Source: a virus
Lineage: Duplodnaviria; Caudoviricetes
Length of the DNA stretch: 25,375 nt
IMG/VR virus record: IMGVR_UViG_3300030330_006026
Coordinates: 1-25,375 of that record
Strand: one strand, 5' to 3'
Positions 1 to 7,187 of the stretch are shown here, piece after piece. Each line of letters begins with the position of its first letter. Positions within the stretch are counted from its first letter, which is position 1. The translations under genes were made by a program, and so were the position numbers. The notes under the pieces were generated by a model. That model saw only the letters and a list, made by a program, of their open reading frames with translations, was not told where the DNA came from and ran no database searches.

Positions 1-53
1 TTGGTTGCACTATGGTAAGCAACCACGGCCGAGCGGCGCGGCCTAGCAAAAAG

Positions 54-108
54 CGCTCCGGCTCCGGTCGGGGTCCGGTCGGGGTCCGGCTCCGGTCGGG
101 GTCCGGTC
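54..108. repeat. GC-rich short tandem repeat built from GCTCCG / GTCGGG / GTCCG units
   Basis: Read directly: gctccg gctccg gtcggg gtccg gtcggg gtccg gctccg gtcggg gtccg gtc. Confidence 0.9.
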
Positions 109-175
109 TTTCTTCTCTCTGTCTACCTTCCTGTGTCCTAGAAAGTAGATCGTCCTTGATCATTTGCGATCTGAT

Positions 176-238
176 TATCAGTTATCGACTGTCAACCATC
201 GACCATCGTTTATCGACCATCGATCATTAACGATCGTA
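176..238. repeat. Degenerate 7-bp tandem repeat (consensus YATCGAC), 9 units
   Basis: tatcagt tatcgac tgtcaac catcgac catcgtt tatcgac catcgat cattaac gatcgta. It runs into the 3' end of the nuclease gene. Confidence 0.85.
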
Positions 239-620
239 ATTGATCAAGCAGATTATCAAAGTCGCCCGACGGTCCAGAGAACAAGAGCGTTGGATTATCA
301 ATAATCGCCTCGTATCCAGCAGCGTAGAGTTCAAGCAACCCTGATCGTGGCCGATCAACCAAGTTGTAAACAGAACCTCCGTTCTGCAAATACGCTGTTT
401 GCCACGCGATTTGATGTGGCGATAAGAGTTTCGGTAAATTCACTCTTAACTTGTTGTTGCAGATTTTCAGCTCAAGCCAGAACGCATGGCCGTTGATCAC
501 ACCGTGCACATCTGGCACGCCTGGTGTCGCCCAGCTTTCCAGTCGTGTCCAATGGAACGGCTGCGCTGCGGCGCTCGCGCGGAGCCGATGCCACAGCTTG
601 CTTTCAGGCTTAACAGGCAT
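210..620 (-). CDS. VRR-NUC / Holliday-junction-resolvase-like PD-(D/E)xK nuclease
   Basis: N-terminal 'PESKLW', then 'PGVPDV...FWLELK' and 'LSPHQIAW', the typical phage VRR-NUC motif set. Confidence 0.8.
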   Translation of the reverse strand: MPVKPESKLWHRLRASAAAQPFHWTRLESWATPGVPDVHGVINGHAFWLELKICNNKLRVNLPKLLSPHQIAWQTAYLQNGGSVYNLVDRPRSGLLELYAAGYEAIIDNPTLLFSGPSGDFDNLLDQLRSLMIDGR

Positions 621-627
621 CTTTTGA

Positions 628-872
628 ACTTTGCTTTATAGAAGACGATAGCCTGGGTACAGGCTCATGTTTTTTTATAAAATCAAAATCGCCGCGCGGG
701 CCAGAAAAAGTTTGTCTTTTGATATTGGATTGTCCATTGGTCCAATATCTGTGTTTTGTGGTATATCAACCACTTACATACCGTGATATCAAGATAGTGA
801 GATATTGGGCTTGACGTGAAAAAATTTTTTTAACGTTAGAAGTCCGCTATCACATTCTATATAGTAAAGTTT
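628..872. repeat. AT-rich non-coding element A (origin-like, with iterons); inverted homolog of 21558-21740
   Basis: 679-704 matches the reverse complement of 21664-21689 at 25/26. 783-808 matches the reverse complement of 21627-21652 at 24/26. Contains 8-bp iterons GATATCAA-GATAGTGA-GATATTGG and an inverted pair GATATTGGA/TCCAATATC at 721-749. Confidence 0.8.
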
Positions 873-905
873 AAAAAGCCCCCGCACCTTGTGAGCGCGG
901 GGGCT
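873..905 (-). terminator. Rho-independent terminator after the early paralog genes
   Basis: Stem AGCCCCCGC (877-885) / GCGGGGGCT (897-905), followed by a T-run on the minus strand, immediately downstream of the stop at 912. Confidence 0.85.
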
Positions 906-911
906 GGTTGA

Positions 912-1415
912 TTAGCGCGGCAACAGCCAGTAGGTCGTAATGAACTTACCGCCGTAGCAAACATCTTCATGCTCACTAACAATGCGGTATTCGCCCGCAG
1001 GCACGTTACCAAACGCTCTTACGTTGGTAATGCCGTGGTCTAGGAACTTAAACCCAACATGGTCGCACCGATCCGCCACGCTTGGGTCGTGGGTGTAATC
1101 AGTAACCAGCATTTGGCAGAGTGTGCGTGGTGGGTTGTGCCGTGCTAAGAATGCCACAGCCCCCGTAATGTGGTTCTCTTCTTGTTTGCTGTATTCTACC
1201 ACTTGTGGGTGTTCACCCACGGCGGTGTACGGTTCTGCATATTCGTCGTCTTTTGGCACAAACAGCAGTGCGCCTGGAGTTTTTGCCAGCCCGTAGGCAA
1301 AGTCAACGCGATTGTTAATGGCCGCTGCAATATGAGTGTTGCTTGGCGCCATAAGGGTTTGTTCGCTGTAGGCGTAGGTAATGGTGTTTTGGTAGTGTTT
1401 TGCAAGATTGGTCAT
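912..1415 (-). CDS. Hypothetical early protein, paralog 1 of a tandem family
   Basis: Start reassigned to MTNLAKHY, which follows the RBS AAAGGAGG-TCATT-ATG. C-terminus '...TTYWLLPR' resembles its two neighbours. Confidence 0.75.
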   Translation of the reverse strand: MTNLAKHYQNTITYAYSEQTLMAPSNTHIAAAINNRVDFAYGLAKTPGALLFVPKDDEYAEPYTAVGEHPQVVEYSKQEENHITGAVAFLARHNPPRTLCQMLVTDYTHDPSVADRCDHVGFKFLDHGITNVRAFGNVPAGEYRIVSEHEDVCYGGKFITTYWLLPR

Positions 1416-1452
1416 AATGACCTCCTTTTGATTTTGGTTACAAAAACGGGTT

Positions 1453-1496
1453 TGCCCCCGCACTATTAAAGTACGGGGGCAGATTGCAGACCCAAA
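1453..1496 (-). promoter_or_regulatory. Putative early promoter with the -10 box inside a palindrome
   Basis: Minus strand reads TTTGGG-N17-TACTTT. Inverted repeat TGCCCCCGCAC (1453-1463) / GTACGGGGGCA (1471-1481). The motif recurs at 2135 and 2754. Confidence 0.65.
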
Positions 1497-1507
1497 GTGC
1501 TATTTGT

Positions 1508-2107
1508 TCAAGGGGCGATGGCCCAGTAAACGTAGCTGTGCCACTCACGGCCCATAGTTGGGTCTTGGTAGGTAGTTTGTTCTTCGTAGAAATGTTGACC
1601 TGTACCTTGGTGCACGCCCAGGTAATCTAGCGTGACTTCGTTTACAAGCTGTTCAGCGGGCTGGTTTGCCAAATCTGGGTGGCGCTCCAAGTGTTGCAGG
1701 TTTACAGAGTGGCTGTACCGGCGGGTAGGCGATTGCGGCGCAATAACATCTTGCCACACAAGCTGGCCCCAGTCACCCACAAGCGTGGTGTGTGCTGGCA
1801 GGCTGTTAGGATTGTACGGTACGCACCACTCATTTTGCGTGGGGTTGTTGTGGTCATAATCGGGCGCATAACACTGCATGCCGCCAGGCCCCCAAGGATA
1901 GTTGCAAGGTTCGTCGCCATCCCCAGAACAAAAGGCTGCATCTGGGAAGAACAGGGTTGTGCTTGGGCTACTGAACAGTAAAGCGTATGCTTTCTTTTGT
2001 TGGTTGCTTGCATCTAGCAAGGGCAGTAGCAAACGATGCCCCCAGCTTTGCCGCATGGCAGCAGCTTCTAGCTGGTGTGCTTTGTTGTAGAACGTAAGTG
2101 CTTGCAT
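1508..2107 (-). CDS. Hypothetical early protein, paralog 2
   Basis: RBS AGGAGG. Shares 'YSHxV', 'EQTT' and terminal 'YW-x-I-x-P' motifs with 2186-2716. Confidence 0.75.
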   Translation of the reverse strand: MQALTFYNKAHQLEAAAMRQSWGHRLLLPLLDASNQQKKAYALLFSSPSTTLFFPDAAFCSGDGDEPCNYPWGPGGMQCYAPDYDHNNPTQNEWCVPYNPNSLPAHTTLVGDWGQLVWQDVIAPQSPTRRYSHSVNLQHLERHPDLANQPAEQLVNEVTLDYLGVHQGTGQHFYEEQTTYQDPTMGREWHSYVYWAIAP

Positions 2108-2134
2108 AACTTCCTCCTGTGAACAAGGGGCAGG

Positions 2135-2181
2135 CTGCCCCCATACAATGTAAATGTACGGGGGCAGATCACCGACCCAAA
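2135..2181 (-). promoter_or_regulatory. Putative early promoter with the -10 box inside a palindrome
   Basis: TTTGGG-N17-TACATT. Inverted repeat CTGCCCCCATACA (2135-2147) / TGTACGGGGGCAG (2155-2167). Confidence 0.65.
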
Positions 2182-2185
2182 CTGT

Positions 2186-2716
2186 TTACTGTTCAAGCGG
2201 AATTAGCCAGTAGCAAGTGCTGTATTGTTCAGGCCCGTCAGGCCACCAGTGGGTAGTTTGTTCATACGCCACATGCCGCACCGCAGTTGATTTATGTTGT
2301 TTGCTGCTGAACACTGGCGCATGGCCCGGAACGTGCCAGCAATGCCACCAAGCGAACGTTGTTGCATGAAAGTAACAAAGGCTGGCGTGTTGCTCAGCAG
2401 GTGGCACTGGCACCTGAACGTGGTGACTGTACGCCACCTGTTTGTCACGCCCATCAGCGTGGGCGCGTATAAAACCCCAGACTTCGTCGTTGGCGGCATA
2501 CAAAAACGGTGAATCGGTGCCGAACGCTGGTGCATAGCCAGTCTCGTCAATAGAATCGTACCAAAGTTCGGTTTTGCTGCACAGGTGTTCGCGCATAAAC
2601 GCTTGCTTCGCCTCCAGTGCCTTAGCCAAGTACTCGGTAGCGGGCGCGTTTACATATTCGGCTGTAAACCGCTTGTTGATTTCGGCGTTGTAATAATCAA
2701 GTGCTGTGTTAGTCAT
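2186..2716 (-). CDS. Hypothetical early protein, paralog 3
   Basis: Start reassigned to MTNTALDYY. Its RBS/start context AAAGGAGGTCATTATGAC is identical to that of 912-1415. Confidence 0.75.
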   Translation of the reverse strand: MTNTALDYYNAEINKRFTAEYVNAPATEYLAKALEAKQAFMREHLCSKTELWYDSIDETGYAPAFGTDSPFLYAANDEVWGFIRAHADGRDKQVAYSHHVQVPVPPAEQHASLCYFHATTFAWWHCWHVPGHAPVFSSKQHKSTAVRHVAYEQTTHWWPDGPEQYSTCYWLIPLEQ

Positions 2717-2753
2717 AATGACCTCCTTTGGGTTTGCATAAAGGGAACAAAAT

Positions 2754-2798
2754 AGCCCCCATACAAATACTGTATGGGGGCTGATTGTAGCGGCCAAA
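2754..2798 (-). promoter_or_regulatory. Putative early promoter with the -10 box inside a palindrome
   Basis: TTGGCC-N17-TACAGT. Perfect 12-bp inverted repeat AGCCCCCATACA (2754-2765) / TGTATGGGGGCT (2771-2782). Confidence 0.65.
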
Positions 2799-2812
2799 TA
2801 CTTTGTGTTCGT

Positions 2813-3259
2813 TTAGCGTATGCTGACCGCGCCCCCATAGCTGGGAGTGTCAATGGTAGTTAGGCTACCCATCCAAATCGCATGCCATTTGCCCTTGTTA
2901 GGGTCGCTGGCATCTGGCCGCCACAGGTAGCAATATTCAATATCGCTGGCCAAGTTATCTTGCCAATCGTCCACGCTAGCGTGTGTGCGTGCTTGACTGT
3001 TGGGGTCGCCACGGTCGCGGCCAAATGCAACAGTTACGCGTGGTTCGCGGGCACCATCACTGTGTACGCCGGTCGGGTACAAGTGTTGGTCAAGCACAAC
3101 AAGATCGCCCAGCGCAATAAGTTCAGCCACGCGGTCGGTTGTTTTGTAGTGTTTGGTGAGCATTGCGCCCACCCCACTCATATAACCATCAAAGTGGCAG
3201 TAAATCACCTGCACACGATCGTCAGGTAAAAGCTGTGCAATGTTACTGCGAGTTGCCAT
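2813..3259 (-). CDS. Conserved phage hypothetical protein (M-x-TRS...IYxHxDGY family)
   Basis: 'MATRSNI...IYCHFDGYMSGVGAML..HY...LIALGD' is a widespread uncharacterised phage early-protein pattern. RBS AGGAGG. Confidence 0.75.
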   Translation of the reverse strand: MATRSNIAQLLPDDRVQVIYCHFDGYMSGVGAMLTKHYKTTDRVAELIALGDLVVLDQHLYPTGVHSDGAREPRVTVAFGRDRGDPNSQARTHASVDDWQDNLASDIEYCYLWRPDASDPNKGKWHAIWMGSLTTIDTPSYGGAVSIR

Positions 3260-3326
3260 AGTAATCCTCCTATCGGTTAGGCATATTGCACCAATACAAA
3301 ACAGTACAGCGGCAGATTATCGCCAC

Positions 3327-3566
3327 CTACTGGTTTTGGTTCAGCAATAAATACTCAGGGTATAGTGTTTGGCGGAACTGCCGTGTGCGGCGATCAGCAC
3401 AAGCAATCGGCATTTTGTGGATTTTGCGTAGCCTGTGAATGATCGTAGCTAGGTCTGCGTGATTGCCTACACCAAGCTGTTGAGCTTGAGGCAAGTTGAT
3501 GGCGCGATGTTCACGCAAGTATGCGCCAACAGCAGCAGTCAAATTTTTGGGCATAATCTGGTCCAT
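3327..3566 (-). CDS. Small winged helix-turn-helix DNA-binding protein
   Basis: 'YLREHRAINLPQAQQLGV...LATIIHRLRK...PI' is a wHTH-like pattern. RBS AAGGAG. Confidence 0.6.
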   Translation of the reverse strand: MDQIMPKNLTAAVGAYLREHRAINLPQAQQLGVGNHADLATIIHRLRKIHKMPIACADRRTRQFRQTLYPEYLLLNQNQ

Positions 3567-3578
3567 AACCAGCTCCTT

Positions 3579-3611
3579 AAAAAAGTGCCCCCGAGTAGGG
3601 GCTCGGGGGCA
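3579..3611 (-). terminator. Rho-independent terminator
   Basis: 10-bp stem TGCCCCCGAG (3586-3595) / CTCGGGGGCA (3602-3611), followed by CTTTTTT on the minus strand. Confidence 0.8.
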
Positions 3612-3674
3612 ATGTACTGGGAGGCAACATACACAAGCTGACGGGAAGGCAGCTTGTTCATGGTTTGGACAGGC

Positions 3675-4265
3675 TTACTTTGCCACAACCAAACGAATAA
3701 AGCTAGTGCCCCATGTTGCGCTGCTACGTGATTGGCCACCGTTCAGCAACATCAAGGTCATGATGTTGTTTTTAGCACTCGTGCCACGCTTGGCCCCCGC
3801 TCGTAGTATAGTGCTTAGGCGGTTGTCACCGTTTACGCCATGCAAGTGGTCCATAAGGTCATGGTAACGTGTGCCTTTGTCGGTGTACGTTTTGTCGCGG
3901 AAAAACGGTACTGGCCGGTCAGTATCAAGGGCTACGTTAGGTAACGCCTCAACACGCACGTTTTGTGGTTGACCACCCGCATACGTGCGTATGAACTGCC
4001 GTATAGTTTCCCAGGTAATTTCACCACTTGGGTGCTTTTCAGCGCCAAAGGTTACCCCGCCTTGGTCACTTTGCAGTGTGGCCACTTGCTCTGTGGCTTT
4101 AGGCTTGGGTGATGCAGCAGGCTTTGCTTTAGCCTCCGGCTTTTTGGCAACAGGAATGTCAATAGTCTTGACATTTTTGTGCTGCTTTGCCCGACCTTTA
4201 ACAATTTGGTCGGCAGTGGGTTTGCTCGGCAAACCAGTTTTTGAAACAAGTGCATGTACAGTCAT
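3675..4265 (-). CDS. Hypothetical basic protein with K/A/P-rich N-terminus (possible nucleoid/DNA-binding protein)
   Basis: 196-aa ORF with RBS AGAAAGGGG and a low-complexity segment 'AKKPEAKAKPAASPKPKA'. It has its own terminator. Confidence 0.7.
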   Translation of the reverse strand: MTVHALVSKTGLPSKPTADQIVKGRAKQHKNVKTIDIPVAKKPEAKAKPAASPKPKATEQVATLQSDQGGVTFGAEKHPSGEITWETIRQFIRTYAGGQPQNVRVEALPNVALDTDRPVPFFRDKTYTDKGTRYHDLMDHLHGVNGDNRLSTILRAGAKRGTSAKNNIMTLMLLNGGQSRSSATWGTSFIRLVVAK

Positions 4266-4361
4266 TGGTAAACCCCTTTCTCCGGGTTGTTTGCAATGTG
4301 TGTAATATTACAGGCAAGAGGCCGAACACAAAATACTTTTTTGTCATTAGTGCAAAAAAGC

Positions 4362-4601
4362 CTAAATTTCTGCCCGTTCAACACAGATAATGTTTTTGAC
4401 GGCGATTGCATCTGGGAACTCGGTGTGTGCAAACACCATCAGTGTGTCAAAGTTCTGGCTGACGTGTTTCCAGCAATGTCCTGGGTTCACAAATCGCAAC
4501 GGCTTATCGTTCCACATAGTCACTTCTATTGAATCGTGGTACGGCGTGTCCATTGGATTCATCCAAAACATAACGATTGCGATGATGAAATATGTGTTCA
4601 T
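4362..4601 (-). CDS. Small signal-anchored hypothetical protein
   Basis: Hydrophobic N-terminus and two Cys. Start is coupled (TGATG) to the upstream micro-ORF. Confidence 0.65.
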   Translation of the reverse strand: MNTYFIIAIVMFWMNPMDTPYHDSIEVTMWNDKPLRFVNPGHCWKHVSQNFDTLMVFAHTEFPDAIAVKNIICVERAEI

Positions 4602-4666
4602 CAGTCAAGCAAAATAACTAGGAGCAGTGCGAACACTGCCCCTAGCGTGGCATAGAGTATGAACAT
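4601..4666 (-). CDS. 21-aa single-TM micro-protein (MFILYATLGAVFALLLVILLD), not in the ORF track
   Basis: Translated by hand. RBS GGAGG 5 nt upstream; stop overlaps the next ATG (TGATG). Confidence 0.55.
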   Translation of the reverse strand: MFILYATLGAVFALLLVILLD

Positions 4667-4678
4667 ATACGCCTCCAC

Positions 4679-4780
4679 TCAGTGCATCAGCAAATATGCA
4701 ACGAACACAACAGCGGATAGGCCGACGCATGCAAACAGGAACACAATGCCCTCAAGCAACCATGTGAGAATACCCATCAT
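4679..4780 (-). CDS. 33-aa single-TM micro-protein (MMGILTWLLEGIVFLFACVGLSAVVFVAYLLMH), not in the ORF track
   Basis: Translated by hand. RBS AAGGAG; start overlaps the upstream stop (ATGA). Confidence 0.6.
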   Translation of the reverse strand: MMGILTWLLEGIVFLFACVGLSAVVFVAYLLMH

Positions 4781-5073
4781 GCTCTCCTTTTACGTGCTGT
4801 GCCACCAAGCATCGTGCGCACAATGTTTGTACGATTATCATACTGTATATACTCACCCAGCATGTTTTGGTTCGGCACGGTATGAATCAAGTGCAGCCGC
4901 ATACTTTCATTACCATGTGGTGTGATAGTAAACATGGGCTGTTCTGCAAAGTCAGTGTTGTGGCCGCCTACGCGCACCACAAAACCGTCGCGCACGTACA
5001 CACCGTCTTGGCTGCGCCACTTGTCTGCAATGTACAAGTCAGTAGCGCCATACATATTGTTACTAGTCCACAT
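4777..5073 (-). CDS. Hypothetical protein
   Basis: Start reassigned to MWTSNN, which follows AGGAGG. Confidence 0.6.
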   Translation of the reverse strand: MWTSNNMYGATDLYIADKWRSQDGVYVRDGFVVRVGGHNTDFAEQPMFTITPHGNESMRLHLIHTVPNQNMLGEYIQYDNRTNIVRTMLGGTARKRRA

Positions 5074-5142
5074 AAGCAACCTCCTAGCAAAAACGCTTAC
5101 CCATAAAAGGTGCATTAGCAGAGGGCAAATACCTAGTAAAAA

Positions 5143-5679
5143 TTACTCGCTTGTAAGCACTTTATAATCTGCTGTTATTTCCTTCAGTGCGGGGTAATCC
5201 TTTTGCATGTCTTGTATTGCCCGCATCACCTCTTCACGGTTCATTTGATCGATCTTGCCGTGCATGATTTCTTTACGGTCAATGTAGATACCAGCAGCTT
5301 GACCACGAAACTTTTCTGCATTGATAGCGGCCGCAAAGTTACCAGCTTGCATCGCCTCGTCTCGCAGCTCAGCTAGTTTGCGCACATGGTTTTCAAAGTT
5401 GACTTCGTACTTACGACCAAGCTCTTCTTTGATTTCACGTATGCGGCGCGTCACGTTAGGCCATCGCTTTGGGTTAAGCAGTTCGCTAGCTTTACTATGT
5501 GCGCTGCGATTACTGTAGCCAGCCTCAACCGCGCACTGACTTTGCGTCAAATCATCGCGGGTGGCGTACAGCATCGCAAACTTTTCTTGTATTTTAGTCA
5601 GCCCTTTCTCGCGCTTTGGATTCGCTACGACTTCAAGCTGTTTTTTGTGTGTGACTTTAGGTGCTACCATTACATCCAA
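5143..5679 (-). CDS. terS: Terminase small subunit
   Basis: 'LTKIQEKFAMLY...TQSQCAVEAGYSNRSAHSKASELL' is the TerS N-terminal HTH signature; later 'AAINAEKFRGQAAGIY'. Confidence 0.8.
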   Translation of the reverse strand: MDVMVAPKVTHKKQLEVVANPKREKGLTKIQEKFAMLYATRDDLTQSQCAVEAGYSNRSAHSKASELLNPKRWPNVTRRIREIKEELGRKYEVNFENHVRKLAELRDEAMQAGNFAAAINAEKFRGQAAGIYIDRKEIMHGKIDQMNREEVMRAIQDMQKDYPALKEITADYKVLTSE

Positions 5680-6152
5680 TTAGGGCGTGGCCGCCCCCAT
5701 CTATAATGAACAATGCCTAGACTTTCCTTATATTTGTAATAATCGCGGTAAGCAACAATCAGGTCATCATTTTTGTACTCGTCAGGCATGCACTGTGGCA
5801 CTGGCGTGAACAGATTTGTGGCAATACCGAACGGTATTTGCGCGAGTGGCAATAACAATCGTATGGAGGCGTGGGTTTTGCCACGCCTGAACTTGAACTC
5901 TTCATGCAAGTGATAGAACAGATGGTGCGTCCATACATAGTTTTCCTTGCTGGTGCGCACCCAGACTGTCATTGGGTGATTCATGTATGCTTTTTGATAC
6001 AGCCGGCATGCATCAGCATAACCATTACCATCGGTCAGCCTGTGTGCTGTGCATAGCATCTGTGCTGTTTCCAACACCATTTTCACCACATGCTTATCAC
6101 CGTGCATTTGTGCGGCACGCTGCGGGTCAGTATCAAGGTGAAATATATTCAT
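5670..6152 (-). CDS. Pyrimidine-dimer DNA glycosylase / DenV-related family protein
   Basis: 'MNIFHLDTDP..AAQMHGDKHVVKMVLETAQML', 'NHPMTVWVR.S..NY.W', 'PQCMPDEYK...AYRDYY'. Confidence 0.8.
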   Translation of the reverse strand: MNIFHLDTDPQRAAQMHGDKHVVKMVLETAQMLCTAHRLTDGNGYADACRLYQKAYMNHPMTVWVRTSKENYVWTHHLFYHLHEEFKFRRGKTHASIRLLLPLAQIPFGIATNLFTPVPQCMPDEYKNDDLIVAYRDYYKYKESLGIVHYRWGRPRPNWM

Positions 6153-6355
6153 AGCAGCCCCTTTCTACGGGAAGTCCCGACCCAAGCCAGAGCACACAGG
6201 GCGTTACCCTCTCCGGCTTGGGTCAGGCTGGTGTTGTATGATTAAGCTGTTATCAAAACACGCCATGCGCACGCAGCGTGCAGAGGTGCCAGCTTTGACC
6301 AGCGCACAGAAAGGAAGCAAATAGGGGGGCCTCTCTGCACTGGCATCATACCTGG

Positions 6356-6703
6356 TTAGGTGCCCTCACCAGTTACGGCACCCGTAAAGGAGGTCTGCAC
6401 CTCTCCCCCAATACCTTGTATCATATCTACGATGACGAAAGGGTCACCAAACTCGCGCAATGCATCTGTGGCTTGGTACAATGCAGTTTCAGCTTGCACA
6501 ATCGCAGACTGCTTACCGCGCATGTAAGCAAAGTCATCAGCCTCAAGCGCCATCAGGTTGCGCTTGGCTTCGTAATAACGCTGATAGCACTGCCACAAGT
6601 GCTCCTGGTTTACCGCAACGGCATCTTCAAAGCCCTGTTCCTGCGGCCACCGCGCTTCGGTGTACTCACGTGCAATTTGGTTGACTCGGTTGTAAACGCT
6701 CAT
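6356..6703 (-). CDS. Hypothetical helical protein
   Basis: Start MSVYNRV is coupled by TGATG to the upstream ORF. Confidence 0.6.
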   Translation of the reverse strand: MSVYNRVNQIAREYTEARWPQEQGFEDAVAVNQEHLWQCYQRYYEAKRNLMALEADDFAYMRGKQSAIVQAETALYQATDALREFGDPFVIVDMIQGIGGEVQTSFTGAVTGEGT

Positions 6704-6927
6704 CACAGCACCCGCCAAACTTTGACCGTGCCATCATCCTGCACACGGGTTGCGATACGTTTTTGCTGGTTATATGCAGCATTGCGTAAGCGCTCAGCTT
6801 CATGCCGGTTAGCAACGTACACTGTGTCGCCAATGGCCATATCGGTAATCAAAGTAGCCCACCGGCCTGGGGGCGAAGGTGCATCAGTAGGTTTGCCTTT
6901 GATAACATTATACAGCTTTTTGAACAT
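6703..6927 (-). CDS. Small basic hypothetical protein (possible DNA binding)
   Basis: RBS GGAGG; 'MAIGDTVYV...VKVWRV' is a common small phage protein pattern. Confidence 0.65.
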   Translation of the reverse strand: MFKKLYNVIKGKPTDAPSPPGRWATLITDMAIGDTVYVANRHEAERLRNAAYNQQKRIATRVQDDGTVKVWRVL

Positions 6928-6999
6928 GCGTAACCTCCATAACTTATATACGCATATTTACAAAGCCACCGCTGACTAGTTAAAACAAACCTTTTTTAC

Positions 7000-7179
7000 T
7001 CACCAACCTGTTCTTATTGTCGTAAAACAATTTGAACAAATGACACGCCGTGCATCGCTTATTTCAAGGAAAAAATGTATTGAACCGCAGTTTTCCTCTG
7101 GGCAGCGTATCGCGGTCACTTCGTGGAACTGTTGCTCTTCTTTTTTGAGCGGAAACTGTATTACGTTATCGTTAGCCAT
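7000..7179 (-). CDS. Small Zn-ribbon protein
   Basis: Start MANDNVIQFP follows GAGGTG; Cys pairs CPEENC and CSNC. Confidence 0.65.
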   Translation of the reverse strand: MANDNVIQFPLKKEEQQFHEVTAIRCPEENCGSIHFFLEISDARRVICSNCFTTIRTGW

Positions 7180-7187
7180 TGTGCACC

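Noticed and set aside
12-230. 72-aa plus-strand ORF
   Set aside because: It is a translation of the two tandem-repeat tracts (GSG/RLSTIDH repeats), has no RBS, and lies opposite to all real genes.
1453-2782. Hairpins as N4 virion-RNAP promoters or as terminators
   Set aside because: Loops are 5-7 nt rather than the 3-nt N4 loop, no phage RNAP is seen, and there is no U-tract downstream on the coding strand.
6160-6350. tRNA gene
   Set aside because: No cloverleaf, T-loop GTTCGA or CCA end found on either strand.
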